The notes under the pieces are model-generated. The model did no database searches, had not been told where the DNA came from, and saw only the letters and a list, made by a program, of their open reading frames with translations. A stretch of DNA of 55,621 bases from a virus (Duplodnaviria > Caudoviricetes), in IMG/VR virus record IMGVR_UViG_3300042923_000252, positions 1 to 55,621 of that record. One strand, given 5' to 3'. Positions 26,146 through 35,636 of the stretch are shown one piece after another. The position numbers and the translations under genes are program-made. Positions within the stretch are counted from its first letter, which is position 1. Each line of letters opens with the position of its first letter.

Positions 26146-26263
26146 CAACTTCATTCACCCAACAGGGGGTTGGCGTGGCTACAGAGGAAGAGATGAGAGA
26201 TCCGGCCTTCTGCTGGATCTGCATGAGAAAGTGTGGTTCCCAACCACACAAGTAGGAGCACCG

Positions 26264-26557
26264 ATGCCCAAGCCGCGGTACGACGTCCCAGTCAAGGTCT
26301 TCGTTCAGATCGGAGACGGGGAGGTCACCGAGCTGGGCTCAGGCGGCATCCACTACCCCTACATCGTTGACACAGCACTCCCCCGCATCCTGCGGGACAT
26401 AGCCAAGGAACTGGAGAGGAGCCCCGATGACCGAACCCAAGCCCGGCGACTTCGGCCTGACCAAGATCAAGGGTCTGGCCGGCGCCTTCGTCAACTTCGG
26501 TCAATGGTTCGTTGGGGACTTCGCTCCCGTCCAACACGCTCTCGTCTACGTCGGTAA
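26264..26557 (+). CDS. Hypothetical protein
   Basis: RBS AGGAG; long 3' overlap with the next gene. Confidence 0.45.
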   Translation: MPKPRYDVPVKVFVQIGDGEVTELGSGGIHYPYIVDTALPRILRDIAKELERSPDDRTQARRLRPDQDQGSGRRLRQLRSMVRWGLRSRPTRSRLRR

Positions 26558-26945
26558 CGGCCTGGTCGTCCAGGCCATGCCCTCCGGGGCAGAGTTGATC
26601 CGGCTGGAGGACGCTTCGCCTGTTGTGAAGTGGTCCACAGGTCTGGTCGAACTGAACGAGGTTGAGCGCTGGAAGATCGCTCTCAAGGCTACTGAACTGG
26701 CCGGCACCCCCTACTCCTTCCTGGACTACGTCTCAATCGCCCTGAAGCGCCTTGGCGTGCCCTCACGGTTGATTCGAGACCGCGTCCGGGACTCGGGGCA
26801 CCTCATCTGCTCACAGCTCGTCGTGGAGGCGTACAGACGCGCCGGCATCGAGCTGTTCGGACCCGACACCTTCCCCGGCGACTACACGCCCGGGGACCTC
26901 TGGAAGCTGCTCAAGGAAATGGAAGCCGATGCACGAGTTCGATGA
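26427..26945 (+). CDS. Permuted papain-like NlpC/P60 (YiiX/YaeF C92-type) amidase
   Basis: PGD...QHALVYVG...GTPYS...LICSQLV...TPGDL. Confidence 0.88.
   Translation: MTEPKPGDFGLTKIKGLAGAFVNFGQWFVGDFAPVQHALVYVGNGLVVQAMPSGAELIRLEDASPVVKWSTGLVELNEVERWKIALKATELAGTPYSFLDYVSIALKRLGVPSRLIRDRVRDSGHLICSQLVVEAYRRAGIELFGPDTFPGDYTPGDLWKLLKEMEADARVR
26768..26780 (+). promoter_or_regulatory. 13-bp operator/stoperator
   Basis: Exact GTTGATTCGAGAC on the + strand. Confidence 0.75.
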
Positions 26946-27090
26946 CGAGTACCTCTACGAGGACGTTAAGCGGCCCTCCAAGGCCGCGGAGCGCTCTGGT
27001 TGGCGCTCTTCCGTCCAGGAGGAGCTTGACGACCTTGGAGACCTCTACGAGCTTCCTGAGGGCATTCAGATACCGGGGGTTCGTCTCTGA
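26929..27090 (+). CDS. Hypothetical acidic protein (53 aa)
   Basis: Read manually; TGATG-coupled to the next gene. Confidence 0.55.
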   Translation: MHEFDDEYLYEDVKRPSKAAERSGWRSSVQEELDDLGDLYELPEGIQIPGVRL

Positions 27091-27383
27091 TGGATGTCTA
27101 CCGGGAGAGAGCACACCTGCTCTCGCACCTTGCAGCTATCTACCCGTCTCGACTCATCCGCGGTGCTGACCCGGAAGAGCCTGACTGGCCAGTGTTGTTC
27201 ATTGACTTCGGATTCCCGGATGGACAGGCCACTTGGCACATTTCGCCTGAGGATCTGGACCTCTTCGAGGACGTCAGTGACGAGGAAGCCGACTGGGCTA
27301 TCTGGGATGGCCACTCCACTGAGGAGAAGTACGAGCGGCTGGACAAGGCAACCAAGCAAGTCTACTGGGGGTACGAACTCTGA
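27090..27383 (+). CDS. WDGH-motif protein
   Basis: YRERAHL...GQATWH...WDGHSTEEKYERL. Confidence 0.8.
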   Translation: MDVYRERAHLLSHLAAIYPSRLIRGADPEEPDWPVLFIDFGFPDGQATWHISPEDLDLFEDVSDEEADWAIWDGHSTEEKYERLDKATKQVYWGYEL

Positions 27384-27646
27384 TGTGTTCTCACCCTGAG
27401 CACTCCGTTGAGGTGCTTCCTGACGGACAGATTGCTGAAGAGCACGTTCTGAGTGATGAGCAGATGGCGGAAGTAGCTAACCACCAACCCATCCTGTATC
27501 GCCCTGAGGGCGAGAGCAGGCACAGCACTCCTGCTGAAGTCTGTTCAACTTGCAGTGATTTCGAGGCTGGACGTTTGGTACCCGCCTCCTTCTGCGAGAG
27601 ATCGAAAGCCATTATGGATAGGGAGGTGGTCCTTTATGGGTTCTAG
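27383..27646 (+). CDS. Hypothetical Cys/His protein
   Basis: Coupled ORF. Confidence 0.55.
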   Translation: MCSHPEHSVEVLPDGQIAEEHVLSDEQMAEVANHQPILYRPEGESRHSTPAEVCSTCSDFEAGRLVPASFCERSKAIMDREVVLYGF

Positions 27647-28064
27647 GGGACCAGCTCCCAAGGAGAACGCCGTAAGGCGTAACAAGCATGACTATGAGGT
27701 CGAGCTGAGTCCCAAGGCTCAGCCTGGACGACCTCTTCCCAAGACTCTCCCCGTCCAGACTGCCAGCGCTAAGCGCTTCTGGAAGACCTGGGCTGAGTCA
27801 CCTCAGTCGGCTACGTGGATGGAAACCGACTGGATTGAACTGGAGATCACAACTCTCCTCGTGGACCAACTCTACCTAGGTGACACCAAGTTGGCCGGCG
27901 AGATCCGGCAGAGGGTTGCCAAGTGGGGCGCCACCAACGAGGACCGGGCTCGACTTCGCATGTCCTTCGAGAAGAAGGACGACGAAGGCTCTGAGAGCCC
28001 TTCTAAGGGCTCCGAAGTACCCGAGATGGATGACGAGTTGTTCAAGAGGCTTAGAGCCGTGTAG
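27636..28064 (+). CDS. terS: Terminase small subunit
   Basis: MGSRGPAPK...RRN...W..W..SPQ...EIRQRVAKWGAT.EDR.RLR; precedes TerL. Confidence 0.88.
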   Translation: MGSRGPAPKENAVRRNKHDYEVELSPKAQPGRPLPKTLPVQTASAKRFWKTWAESPQSATWMETDWIELEITTLLVDQLYLGDTKLAGEIRQRVAKWGATNEDRARLRMSFEKKDDEGSESPSKGSEVPEMDDELFKRLRAV

Positions 28065-28077
28065 GGGGTGATACAGG

Positions 28078-29664
28078 ATGCCCCAGACAGGCAACCTGCC
28101 CCTCACGGTCCCCTCCCCCAAGGAGACTCTGGGATACCAGATCATCCGTTGGGCTCAGAAGTACGTCGTTACTCCTGATGGTGAACGAGCCGGTGAACCC
28201 TGGCAGTTCACTGACGAACAGCTCCGTTTCGTTCTCTGGTTCTACGCCATCAACCCTGACGGGACATGGAAGTACGCCGCGGGAACACTAAGGCGTGCAA
28301 AGGGCTGGGGAAAGACACCTCTCCTTGCAGCCCTGGCCATTACGGAGTTCCTGGGGCCTTGCCGGTTCAGTCACTTCGATGCCTTTGGCCTCCCTGTTGG
28401 TAAGCCGGTTCCTCTGCCCATTGTGCAGATTGGTGCCACTGCGCTGGACCAGACCGAGCAGACCTTGGACATGATCCGAGGAATGCTCTCGGAGTCTCCT
28501 GCTGAAGCTGAGTACGGCCTTGAGATCTCTAAGTCCATCATTCAGTTCAAGTCTGGTAAGCCGGGCAGTATCAAGCCTAAGGCGACTGCCGGCCGTACCA
28601 ATGAGGGTAACCGGCCCACATTCGTTGTGATGGACGAGGTTCACCACTGGGTTGGCTCCAATGGCGGCCCTGACTTCTATCAGGTGCTCAAGCGCAACGT
28701 CGAGAAGACGACGAAGGCTGGCTCCCGGTGGGTGACCACTACCAACGCTTACAACCCCAATGAGGACAGCGTTGCGCAGCGAATCCACGAGTCCGAAATG
28801 GTGGCTCAGGGATTCTGGCTGTACGACTGTCTTGAGGGCGACATCGCGGTTGAGGACATCCGTGATGAGGAGAAGGTAAAGAAGGCGCTGACAGAGGCGT
28901 ATGGGGACGCTACGTGGGCGGATATTGACGGACTCACCAAGACGATCCTGTACGACCGCACAACGCCTGACTCCACCTACTGCCGGTTCTACTTCAACCA
29001 GATCGCAGAGTCCTCGGACGGATGGATGTCCAAGGTCGAATGGGATGCCATTCACTCTAGCTATGAGCCCATCAAGCTCGGTGACCAGATAGCCATTGGC
29101 TTTGACGGTTCTATCCGCGGTGACGCCACGGGCCTTGTGGGCTGCCGGCTGAGTGATGGGAAGCTCTTTGTGATCGACGTCTGGGAGCGCCCCAAAGACG
29201 CTCGGGACGATTGGGAAGTTGACACCCTCGCGGTTGAGGCTGCGGTTTACAAGGCTTTCCGGGATTACAAGGTCGAGTGGTTCTACGGGGACCCTCCCTA
29301 CTTCCAGGAAGCCCTTGGTAGGTGGGCTATCCAGTTCGCCACAAGGGATACCGAGTACGTCTTTGAGTTCTGGACTAACAAGCCTACTCGCATGGTTCAG
29401 GCAACGGAGCGTTTCCGTTCCGCAGTGATGACCAAGGAAATCTGCCACGACGGAGACGAGCGTCTTACTCGTCACGTTCTCAATGCCGTTACCCGTGAAG
29501 TCACGGTGGGTGGCGAAGTCGGAATTCTCATTCAGAAGGACAGCCCACGATCCAAGAGGAAGATTGACCTTGCGGTATGCGCGATTCTCGCCCTGGAGGC
29601 GAGGGCGGATGCAATAGCCGACGGACGCATGAAGCGCCGTAGGAGCCGTGTCGTGGGGTTCTAG
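28078..29664 (+). CDS. terL: Terminase large subunit
   Basis: RRAKGWGKTP Walker A, VVMDEVH Walker B, GFDGS...DATG, KIDLAV nuclease motifs. Confidence 0.95.
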   Translation: MPQTGNLPLTVPSPKETLGYQIIRWAQKYVVTPDGERAGEPWQFTDEQLRFVLWFYAINPDGTWKYAAGTLRRAKGWGKTPLLAALAITEFLGPCRFSHFDAFGLPVGKPVPLPIVQIGATALDQTEQTLDMIRGMLSESPAEAEYGLEISKSIIQFKSGKPGSIKPKATAGRTNEGNRPTFVVMDEVHHWVGSNGGPDFYQVLKRNVEKTTKAGSRWVTTTNAYNPNEDSVAQRIHESEMVAQGFWLYDCLEGDIAVEDIRDEEKVKKALTEAYGDATWADIDGLTKTILYDRTTPDSTYCRFYFNQIAESSDGWMSKVEWDAIHSSYEPIKLGDQIAIGFDGSIRGDATGLVGCRLSDGKLFVIDVWERPKDARDDWEVDTLAVEAAVYKAFRDYKVEWFYGDPPYFQEALGRWAIQFATRDTEYVFEFWTNKPTRMVQATERFRSAVMTKEICHDGDERLTRHVLNAVTREVTVGGEVGILIQKDSPRSKRKIDLAVCAILALEARADAIADGRMKRRRSRVVGF

Positions 29665-29676
29665 TTAGGAGGCCCC

Positions 29677-31119
29677 ATGATTGTCCCTCCCAGCGGCTAC
29701 ACGTCCGTTGGTCCTCCTCAGACGGAGTTGGACTGGCTTGCGTTCCTGCAAGGGAAGCTGACCGAGAGACGTGCTGAGTACCTCAAGTACGCAAGCTACT
29801 ACGAGGGCGAACAGCAGAAGTTGAAGTTCGCTCAGGCTCGGTACAAGTCCGCATTCAAGGATCTTTTCAACGACTGGCGAGACAACTTCTGTGGTCTCAT
29901 CATCGACTCTGCTACGGAGCGAATGCGCGTTGAGGGCTTCCGGTTCCCCGGCAAGGGCAAGATGGACGAGGACGCTCAGAAGTTCTGGCAGCGCAACCAG
30001 CTCGATGCCCTGTCCAATGCCGTGCACCTGGACGCCATGGTCCAGGGCCGTGCCTACGTCATCGTGTGGGGCGGCCCCGATGGGGAGCCTCTCATCACGC
30101 CTGTCTCCGCAGAGGAGATGGCAGTCCAGTACAAGCCCGGCTCCAGCACGGAGCTGGAGGCCGCGGCCCGGTTCTTCATGGACGCCTGGGGCCGGCAGTG
30201 GGTGACGCTCTGGACCGAGACGTATGTGTACGAGGTCCCTCTTGGTAACACCTTGTGGGAGCAGGGAGAGCGGAAGCCCAACCCTCTTGGGATTGTGCCT
30301 GTCGTCCCCTTCCACAACAGGTCCCGCATCAATGGTGACCCCTACTCGGACCTTGCCAACGTCATCCCAATCCAGGATGCAATCAACAAGATTACGTCCG
30401 ATGCTCTCTTGGCCTCTGAGTTCGCAGCCTGGCCACAGAGGTGGGTCACGGGACTTGAGATCCAAGAGGATGACAACGGGAATCCCAAGGCCCCTTATGA
30501 CGTGGGTCTCGACAAGCTTCTTCAGGCTGAGAACCCCGAAGTGAAGTTCGGTCAGTTCGAGGCAGCAGACCTGAAGAACTATGTGAACTTTATCAACCTC
30601 CTGGTGCAGCATCTCAGCTCGGTTTCCCGTACTCCGAGCCACTACTTCCTTGTGAACCAGAACACGGCTCCGTCTGGTGAGGCCATCATCAGCGCTGAAG
30701 CCGGTCTGGTCTCCAAGGTCAAGGAACGGATGCTCTACTTCGGGGAAGCCTGGGAACAGGTCATTCGACTTTGTTTCGCTGTCAAGAAGGACAAGCGGGC
30801 AGAGGAATGGTCCATGGAGACCGTTTGGGCCGATCCCGAGTATCGGACCGAAGCCCAGCACATTGATTCACTCCTCAAGCTCAAGCAGCTCAACGTTCCG
30901 GAAGAGATTCTGTGGATGCGGGCTGGCTTTACCGCTACCGAGATAGCAGCCTTCCGAGAGCTTCGGAAGGAAGACGCCAAGGCAGCGAAGGAAATCCAGG
31001 AACTCGGGCCCCAGGCCCCTGAACCTGGTGCACCTGGGAAGGACAAGGCAGCCGCAATGGCGGCCAAGCCTCCTCAGGGCAACTCCGGGAATGTCTCTCG
31101 GAAGCTCAACGAGAAGTAG
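29677..31119 (+). CDS. Portal protein (SPP1 gp6-like)
   Basis: YYEG.Q, NFCGLIID, PSGEAI, position after TerL. Confidence 0.93.
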   Translation: MIVPPSGYTSVGPPQTELDWLAFLQGKLTERRAEYLKYASYYEGEQQKLKFAQARYKSAFKDLFNDWRDNFCGLIIDSATERMRVEGFRFPGKGKMDEDAQKFWQRNQLDALSNAVHLDAMVQGRAYVIVWGGPDGEPLITPVSAEEMAVQYKPGSSTELEAAARFFMDAWGRQWVTLWTETYVYEVPLGNTLWEQGERKPNPLGIVPVVPFHNRSRINGDPYSDLANVIPIQDAINKITSDALLASEFAAWPQRWVTGLEIQEDDNGNPKAPYDVGLDKLLQAENPEVKFGQFEAADLKNYVNFINLLVQHLSSVSRTPSHYFLVNQNTAPSGEAIISAEAGLVSKVKERMLYFGEAWEQVIRLCFAVKKDKRAEEWSMETVWADPEYRTEAQHIDSLLKLKQLNVPEEILWMRAGFTATEIAAFRELRKEDAKAAKEIQELGPQAPEPGAPGKDKAAAMAAKPPQGNSGNVSRKLNEK

Positions 31120-31182
31120 TAATCCGCGCAGGCCGGCAAGCCGAAATGGGGAGCCGGCTCAACACCGAAATGGGATGAGCGC

Positions 31183-31773
31183 ATGCCTGAAGAGAACACG
31201 CCCAACGAGCAGACCCCTACCACGGAGAATGCTCCTGGGGCTACTAGCACGACAACGGAGACTGCCTCGCAGGAGCCGAAGGCTCCCGCCACTCTCGAAG
31301 AGGCTCTGGCCCTCCTGGAGGAGGAGCGTAAGAGCACTACGAAGTGGAAGACTCTGTCTCGTCAGAACGAGAAGAAGTGGGAAGACGCTTCTGCTGAGCG
31401 TGATCAGCTCAAGCAGGCGACGATGACTGACGCTGAGAAGGCCATTGAGACCGCACGTACTGAGGGCCGGAATTCCGCACTCAGTGAGGTGGGGACAGAC
31501 CTGGTTTCTGCCGAAATGGCACTCCAGGCTGTTACGGCCGGCGTCACCCTTCCCGACGCTGAATATCTGAACGTCTCCAAGTTCATCGGGGACAACGGAC
31601 GTCCTAACAAGGACGCTATCAAGTCCTTTGTGGAGTCGCTTCCCAAGGCGAACTCTGGTCAGGGGTTCCCTAACCTCCAGGGTGCTGGACGACAGTCCGG
31701 TAGCGCTGGTGAGTTCACGTCCATGGACCCCAATGAACTTGCAGATTTCATTGGTGATGGGTCCGTTATCTGA
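31183..31773 (+). CDS. Capsid scaffolding protein
   Basis: KWKTLSRQNE, MTDAEKA coiled coil; between portal and capsid. Confidence 0.85.
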   Translation: MPEENTPNEQTPTTENAPGATSTTTETASQEPKAPATLEEALALLEEERKSTTKWKTLSRQNEKKWEDASAERDQLKQATMTDAEKAIETARTEGRNSALSEVGTDLVSAEMALQAVTAGVTLPDAEYLNVSKFIGDNGRPNKDAIKSFVESLPKANSGQGFPNLQGAGRQSGSAGEFTSMDPNELADFIGDGSVI

Positions 31774-31793
31774 CCGTCCCATGCCACTTCTGT

Positions 31794-31820
31794 AAGCCCT
31801 CCCCTCCGGAGGGCTTTTTT
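31794..31820 (+). terminator. Terminator-like hairpin directly upstream of the capsid gene
   Basis: AAGCCCTCC-CCTCC-GGAGGGCTT-TTTT. Confidence 0.6.
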
Positions 31821-31840
31821 CATGCCCTTGGAGGGGTTTT

Positions 31841-32929
31841 ATGGCTACTACGCATCACTTTAATCTTGACCCGAAGCAGGTGACCATTGCTGCTCTGGGT
31901 CTGCTGGACCGTCAGCTCACCCTTGGCTCCATCCCGGCTCGTTACTCCGAGCTGGACTTCACCGGTGGCCTGGGTGACGTCATCAACGTCAACCGTCCTT
32001 CCCGGAGCATCCCGGTTCAGGAGACTGGTGTCTCCAACATCATCAAGAACCCGATCACGGGTGACAAGAACGTCTTCGCCGCGGCCTCGGACCGTCCGCT
32101 GCCTTCGGCTGCGCGTCGGGCCCCGAACGGCTTCATCAACGAGACCCGGTTCCCGGTCCAGCTCACCACGCTGGCCCAGAACGCCTCCACCCTCTCGATG
32201 GAGCAGGTTGCCTTTGACCTGAAGAAGTTCGGTGGCCAGGTGCTGGCTCCGCTGACCCGCGGTATGGCCGAGTACTTCGATGACACGATTGCCGCTTGGA
32301 TCAAGGCCAACATCACCCGTTCCGCGCTGACCACGGCGCAGAAGACGGCCATCGGTGGTGACGTTGAGGTCTCCATTCCGCAGTACGACGGTACCCGTCA
32401 GAACATGATGGACCGTGCGCTTGCCCTGCGCGTGGCCTTCGTTGACGCTCGACTGCACCTGAACCGTGCGAACGTTCCGCACTCCGAGCGGTACGTCATC
32501 GCCGGCCCCGAGGTTGAGGCCATCCTTCTGAAGGACCCGGAGTTCGTGGCCGTCGACTATAGCGGTGACACCAACGCCCTTCGTCGGGCCACCATCGGTT
32601 CCTTCTACGGCTTTGACGTCGTGGTCCACAACTCGTTCGACCTGGAAATGTACTTCTTCCACAAGAGCGCGTTCCTCCTGGCCTCCGTGTGCCCGGCCAT
32701 CCCGATGGGTGCCGTCACCGGCTCGGTCCAGAACGTGAACGGCATCGCCACCCGCATGCTGGTCGACTACGACTACGACCTCAAGGCGGACACGATCGGC
32801 CTGGACACCATGTACGGCTTCACCACGATCAAGGAAGACCCGGACTACAACGTCCGCGGGACCCTGATCGGTGAGAAGTTCGTCCGTGGCCTCAAGGTGA
32901 ACATCACCGAGGTTGCTCCGACTCCGTGA
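31841..32929 (+). CDS. Major capsid protein (P22 coat-like HK97 fold)
   Basis: GDVINV.RP, ALRRATIGSFYGFDV, DTMYG; strongly biased codons. Confidence 0.9.
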   Translation: MATTHHFNLDPKQVTIAALGLLDRQLTLGSIPARYSELDFTGGLGDVINVNRPSRSIPVQETGVSNIIKNPITGDKNVFAAASDRPLPSAARRAPNGFINETRFPVQLTTLAQNASTLSMEQVAFDLKKFGGQVLAPLTRGMAEYFDDTIAAWIKANITRSALTTAQKTAIGGDVEVSIPQYDGTRQNMMDRALALRVAFVDARLHLNRANVPHSERYVIAGPEVEAILLKDPEFVAVDYSGDTNALRRATIGSFYGFDVVVHNSFDLEMYFFHKSAFLLASVCPAIPMGAVTGSVQNVNGIATRMLVDYDYDLKADTIGLDTMYGFTTIKEDPDYNVRGTLIGEKFVRGLKVNITEVAPTP

Positions 32930-32962
32930 CCAACCCCTTCCCTTTGAAGGGAGGGATGACTA

Positions 32963-33520
32963 GTGGCCTTTGTCACTACTGAGGAGGTGGCCACCCGTCT
33001 TGGGTGGCCCCTCACTCCCGAGGAAACAGCCAAGGTCCAGGCGTTCATTGACGACTGCACTGTCCTGATAGAGGACTACTGCGGTAAGGACTTTGAGCGC
33101 AGGACGAACCAGTCCTTCCAACTCCCAGCAGAAGACTTCTGCACCATCCTCATTCCGTCCAGGTACCTCCCTTACTTGACGGTGACCTCCGTCTCCTTCG
33201 AGGACGGAGTTCCTTTGACGGACTGGGAGTACGGGAACGGGGTTCTCTACCGGGAAGCCGGCTGGGCAACGGGACAGCTCATCACAGTCACCGGGTCCTG
33301 GGGCTACACCACGTTGCCCGGAGTCCTCAAGCCGACCACTTCGGCTGAGGTCATTCGGTGGATGACTCAGACTCCTGGCCTGGCCATGGAACGTACGGGT
33401 GAGCGAGAGGTGGAGTACGCAACGGCCTCGTCTCCTCAGTCCCTGTCTGAGGCTGCCAAGTTCGCCCTTCGTCGTTTCAGGCCATCAGTGGGAACGCTCT
33501 CCTTGCGGAGGGCGGACTGA
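32963..33520 (+). CDS. Head-to-tail adaptor
   Basis: FVTTEEVATRLG...IEDYCG...WGY; synteny. Confidence 0.8.
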   Translation: MAFVTTEEVATRLGWPLTPEETAKVQAFIDDCTVLIEDYCGKDFERRTNQSFQLPAEDFCTILIPSRYLPYLTVTSVSFEDGVPLTDWEYGNGVLYREAGWATGQLITVTGSWGYTTLPGVLKPTTSAEVIRWMTQTPGLAMERTGEREVEYATASSPQSLSEAAKFALRRFRPSVGTLSLRRAD

Positions 33521-33849
33521 TGAGCCAGTACAACGAGCGGATTGAGGTCTACTCCGCGGCTGAGGTTGAGGGCACGTACACCACGAAGAGGGACTGGGAT
33601 CACCCGGTCCTGGTCCTCACTTCTCGTGCCAGTGTCCAGCCTGACCGCAACTTCGAGATGAGGTCCCCTGAAAGGGACCTAGCTCAGGAGCGTCTCAACG
33701 TCTTCATCCCATACACAGAGGTGATAGACGATCAGGACCGCGTCAAGTGGCGCGGGCTCTGGTACGAGATCGACGGACCTCCGGACCTCTGGCCCTACGG
33801 CTCCACCCGTCACACCCTGCTGAAGATCTGGAGGGCGAAGAACGGATGA
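33520..33849 (+). CDS. Head-to-tail stopper
   Basis: SVQP...DRVKWRG..YEIDG.P. Confidence 0.8.
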   Translation: MSQYNERIEVYSAAEVEGTYTTKRDWDHPVLVLTSRASVQPDRNFEMRSPERDLAQERLNVFIPYTEVIDDQDRVKWRGLWYEIDGPPDLWPYGSTRHTLLKIWRAKNG

Positions 33850-34199
33850 GAGATGGCGAATTCAAGCTGACCATGCACCGGGGTTGGGAGAACGAGGTTC
33901 TCTCCACCCTAGAGGCTGGTGCACTCGTTGCCGAGGTCACTGGAGAGCTGCGGAACATGGTTGTCCGGGATGCTCCTCGGGCTAAGAACGTCAATACCAA
34001 CTGGAACCAGATCAAGAAGAACGTCTCTGCCTTCGTGGAGAAGGACGTCAAGGGCTACTACGGCAACGTCACACTGGAACTCAATGACCGAGTTCGTCAC
34101 GCCCTGCTTCAGGATCAAGGATGGACCGACAAGCGAGGACGCCGGCACCCCGGTAAGCGATACCTCAGGGAAGTCCTGCTGAAGGCGAGGATGGAATGA
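33846..34199 (+). CDS. Neck/tail-completion protein (HK97 gp10-like)
   Basis: Basic protein, HPGKRYLR; synteny. Confidence 0.65.
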   Translation: MRDGEFKLTMHRGWENEVLSTLEAGALVAEVTGELRNMVVRDAPRAKNVNTNWNQIKKNVSAFVEKDVKGYYGNVTLELNDRVRHALLQDQGWTDKRGRRHPGKRYLREVLLKARME

Positions 34200-34588
34200 A
34201 CCTTGATCCCATCGCCTCAGTGGTCACGTTCCTACGGAGCCTCCCTGATCTGCCTCCAGGCAGTGTCACGGGTGACCTGAGTGCTCGTGAGGTCGGAGAC
34301 ACCACCATCTACGTTGAACATGACGGGGGTTACCGGGTAGAGCGAGACGCAGAGCTTGACCGGGTCTACATTGCCTACGAGGTCTACTCCCTGGACAGGG
34401 AAGAGGCTGCTTCACTGGCCTTCCTCGTTCGGAAGCTGCTTCTTCGAGGTCTCCGTAATGGGGTGACTGTGAAGGATCTCTTCTTCCTGGACTCCCGAGA
34501 CGAGGAACTCCCGGACTACGAGCCGGATGGCAGTTCACGAGAACACGTTTACTGCGGAGTGGTCTCCCTGTACTACCTGGAGACCTAA
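34196..34588 (+). CDS. Tail terminator
   Basis: Synteny and size. Confidence 0.7.
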   Translation: MNLDPIASVVTFLRSLPDLPPGSVTGDLSAREVGDTTIYVEHDGGYRVERDAELDRVYIAYEVYSLDREEAASLAFLVRKLLLRGLRNGVTVKDLFFLDSRDEELPDYEPDGSSREHVYCGVVSLYYLET

Positions 34589-34611
34589 CCCCCTGAGGCA
34601 TGACCTCAGTT

Positions 34612-34638
34612 GACGGCCCTTTGGGGCCGTTTTTTGTT
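34612..34638 (+). terminator. Terminator-like hairpin upstream of the major tail gene
   Basis: ACGGCCC-TTTG-GGGCCGT-TTTTT. Confidence 0.6.
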
Positions 34639-34665
34639 GCCCCCAAAGCCGTTTAGGAGAGCCCT

Positions 34666-35262
34666 ATGCCTTCTGGAGATGCAAAGAAGATCCGGTTTGC
34701 ACCGGATGGAATGATCTACCTTGCCCCCGTCTCTGAGTCCCTCGTCCTTCCTGAGGAGGTCGGTGACGGTGCCACTGCCCCCGCGGGTTTCAAGGCCCTC
34801 GGTTACGTCTCGGAGAACGGCGTCACCCTGACTCCGACCATTCAGACCACGCCTATGCCGGCCTGGCAGTCTGCGGCCCCGGTCCTCTACAACGTGGACT
34901 CCGCGGCCTTCCAGATGCAGGCCACCCTTCTGGAGGCGTCCAAGCTCGTCACGGAGACCTTCTTCGGTGCCGAGTGGCAGGAGGTCGTTGAGGACGTTGC
35001 CGGCGTTCCTACGCCGACCGGTGAGTACAAGCTGACCCTCAGCTCTCTTCCGGAGCTGAAGGAGTTCGCCATCGTCGTTGACTGGCGTCACGGCGAGCAC
35101 CTGTGGCGAGTCGTCATGGAGCGCTCGATGGTTGCCGAGCGTGGCGCCATCACCCTCCAGCGGACGCAGTCCCAGCAGTTCGAACTCACCATTGACGCGC
35201 TGGACTCCGCGGGCAACCTCGGACACGTCTACACCACGGAGAACATGGGCAACACTCCCTGA
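34666..35262 (+). CDS. Major tail (tube) protein
   Basis: LGYVSENGVT...AWQS. Confidence 0.88.
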   Translation: MPSGDAKKIRFAPDGMIYLAPVSESLVLPEEVGDGATAPAGFKALGYVSENGVTLTPTIQTTPMPAWQSAAPVLYNVDSAAFQMQATLLEASKLVTETFFGAEWQEVVEDVAGVPTPTGEYKLTLSSLPELKEFAIVVDWRHGEHLWRVVMERSMVAERGAITLQRTQSQQFELTIDALDSAGNLGHVYTTENMGNTP

Positions 35263-35269
35263 TCTCTTG

Positions 35270-35282
35270 GTTGAAACGAGAC
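35270..35282 (+). promoter_or_regulatory. 13-bp operator/stoperator
   Basis: GTTGAAACGAGAC right after the tail gene stop. Confidence 0.75.
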
Positions 35283-35345
35283 CCTGGCCGGGAGGTCTAA
35301 ATCCCGGCACCTCTCTCACTCACTCACTGTCTCCAGGAGATACCC

Positions 35346-35636
35346 ATGACCACTGCGCGTAAGACTGCTGCCGCCAAGCCCAAGCCGGCCGAGACGGAAG
35401 AGGCTCCGAAGCTCAGCACCTTTGAGTACAAGGGTGTTAGCTACTCGGTCCCGGGTGACCCGCTGGACCTGCCTCTTGAAGTTGCCCTGGCCGAGTCTGA
35501 GTTCGAGATCATTCAGGAGATCGTGGGTCCGGATCAGTGGGTTGAGTTCCGTAAGACTCGCCCGTCCATCCGTGACTTCTCCGACTTCTCGGATCTGGTC
35601 CTCAAGGCGGCCGGATACAACGACTCGGGAAACTGA
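35346..35636 (+). CDS. Tail assembly chaperone (short form)
   Basis: Between tube and tape measure; ends at GGGAAAC-TGA. Confidence 0.85.
   Translation: MTTARKTAAAKPKPAETEEAPKLSTFEYKGVSYSVPGDPLDLPLEVALAESEFEIIQEIVGPDQWVEFRKTRPSIRDFSDFSDLVLKAAGYNDSGN

Noticed and set aside
25970-26263. 5' part of ORF 25970-26557 and other ORFs over the tRNA region
   Set aside because: They overlap tRNA-like structures; the credible start is ATG 26264 with an RBS.
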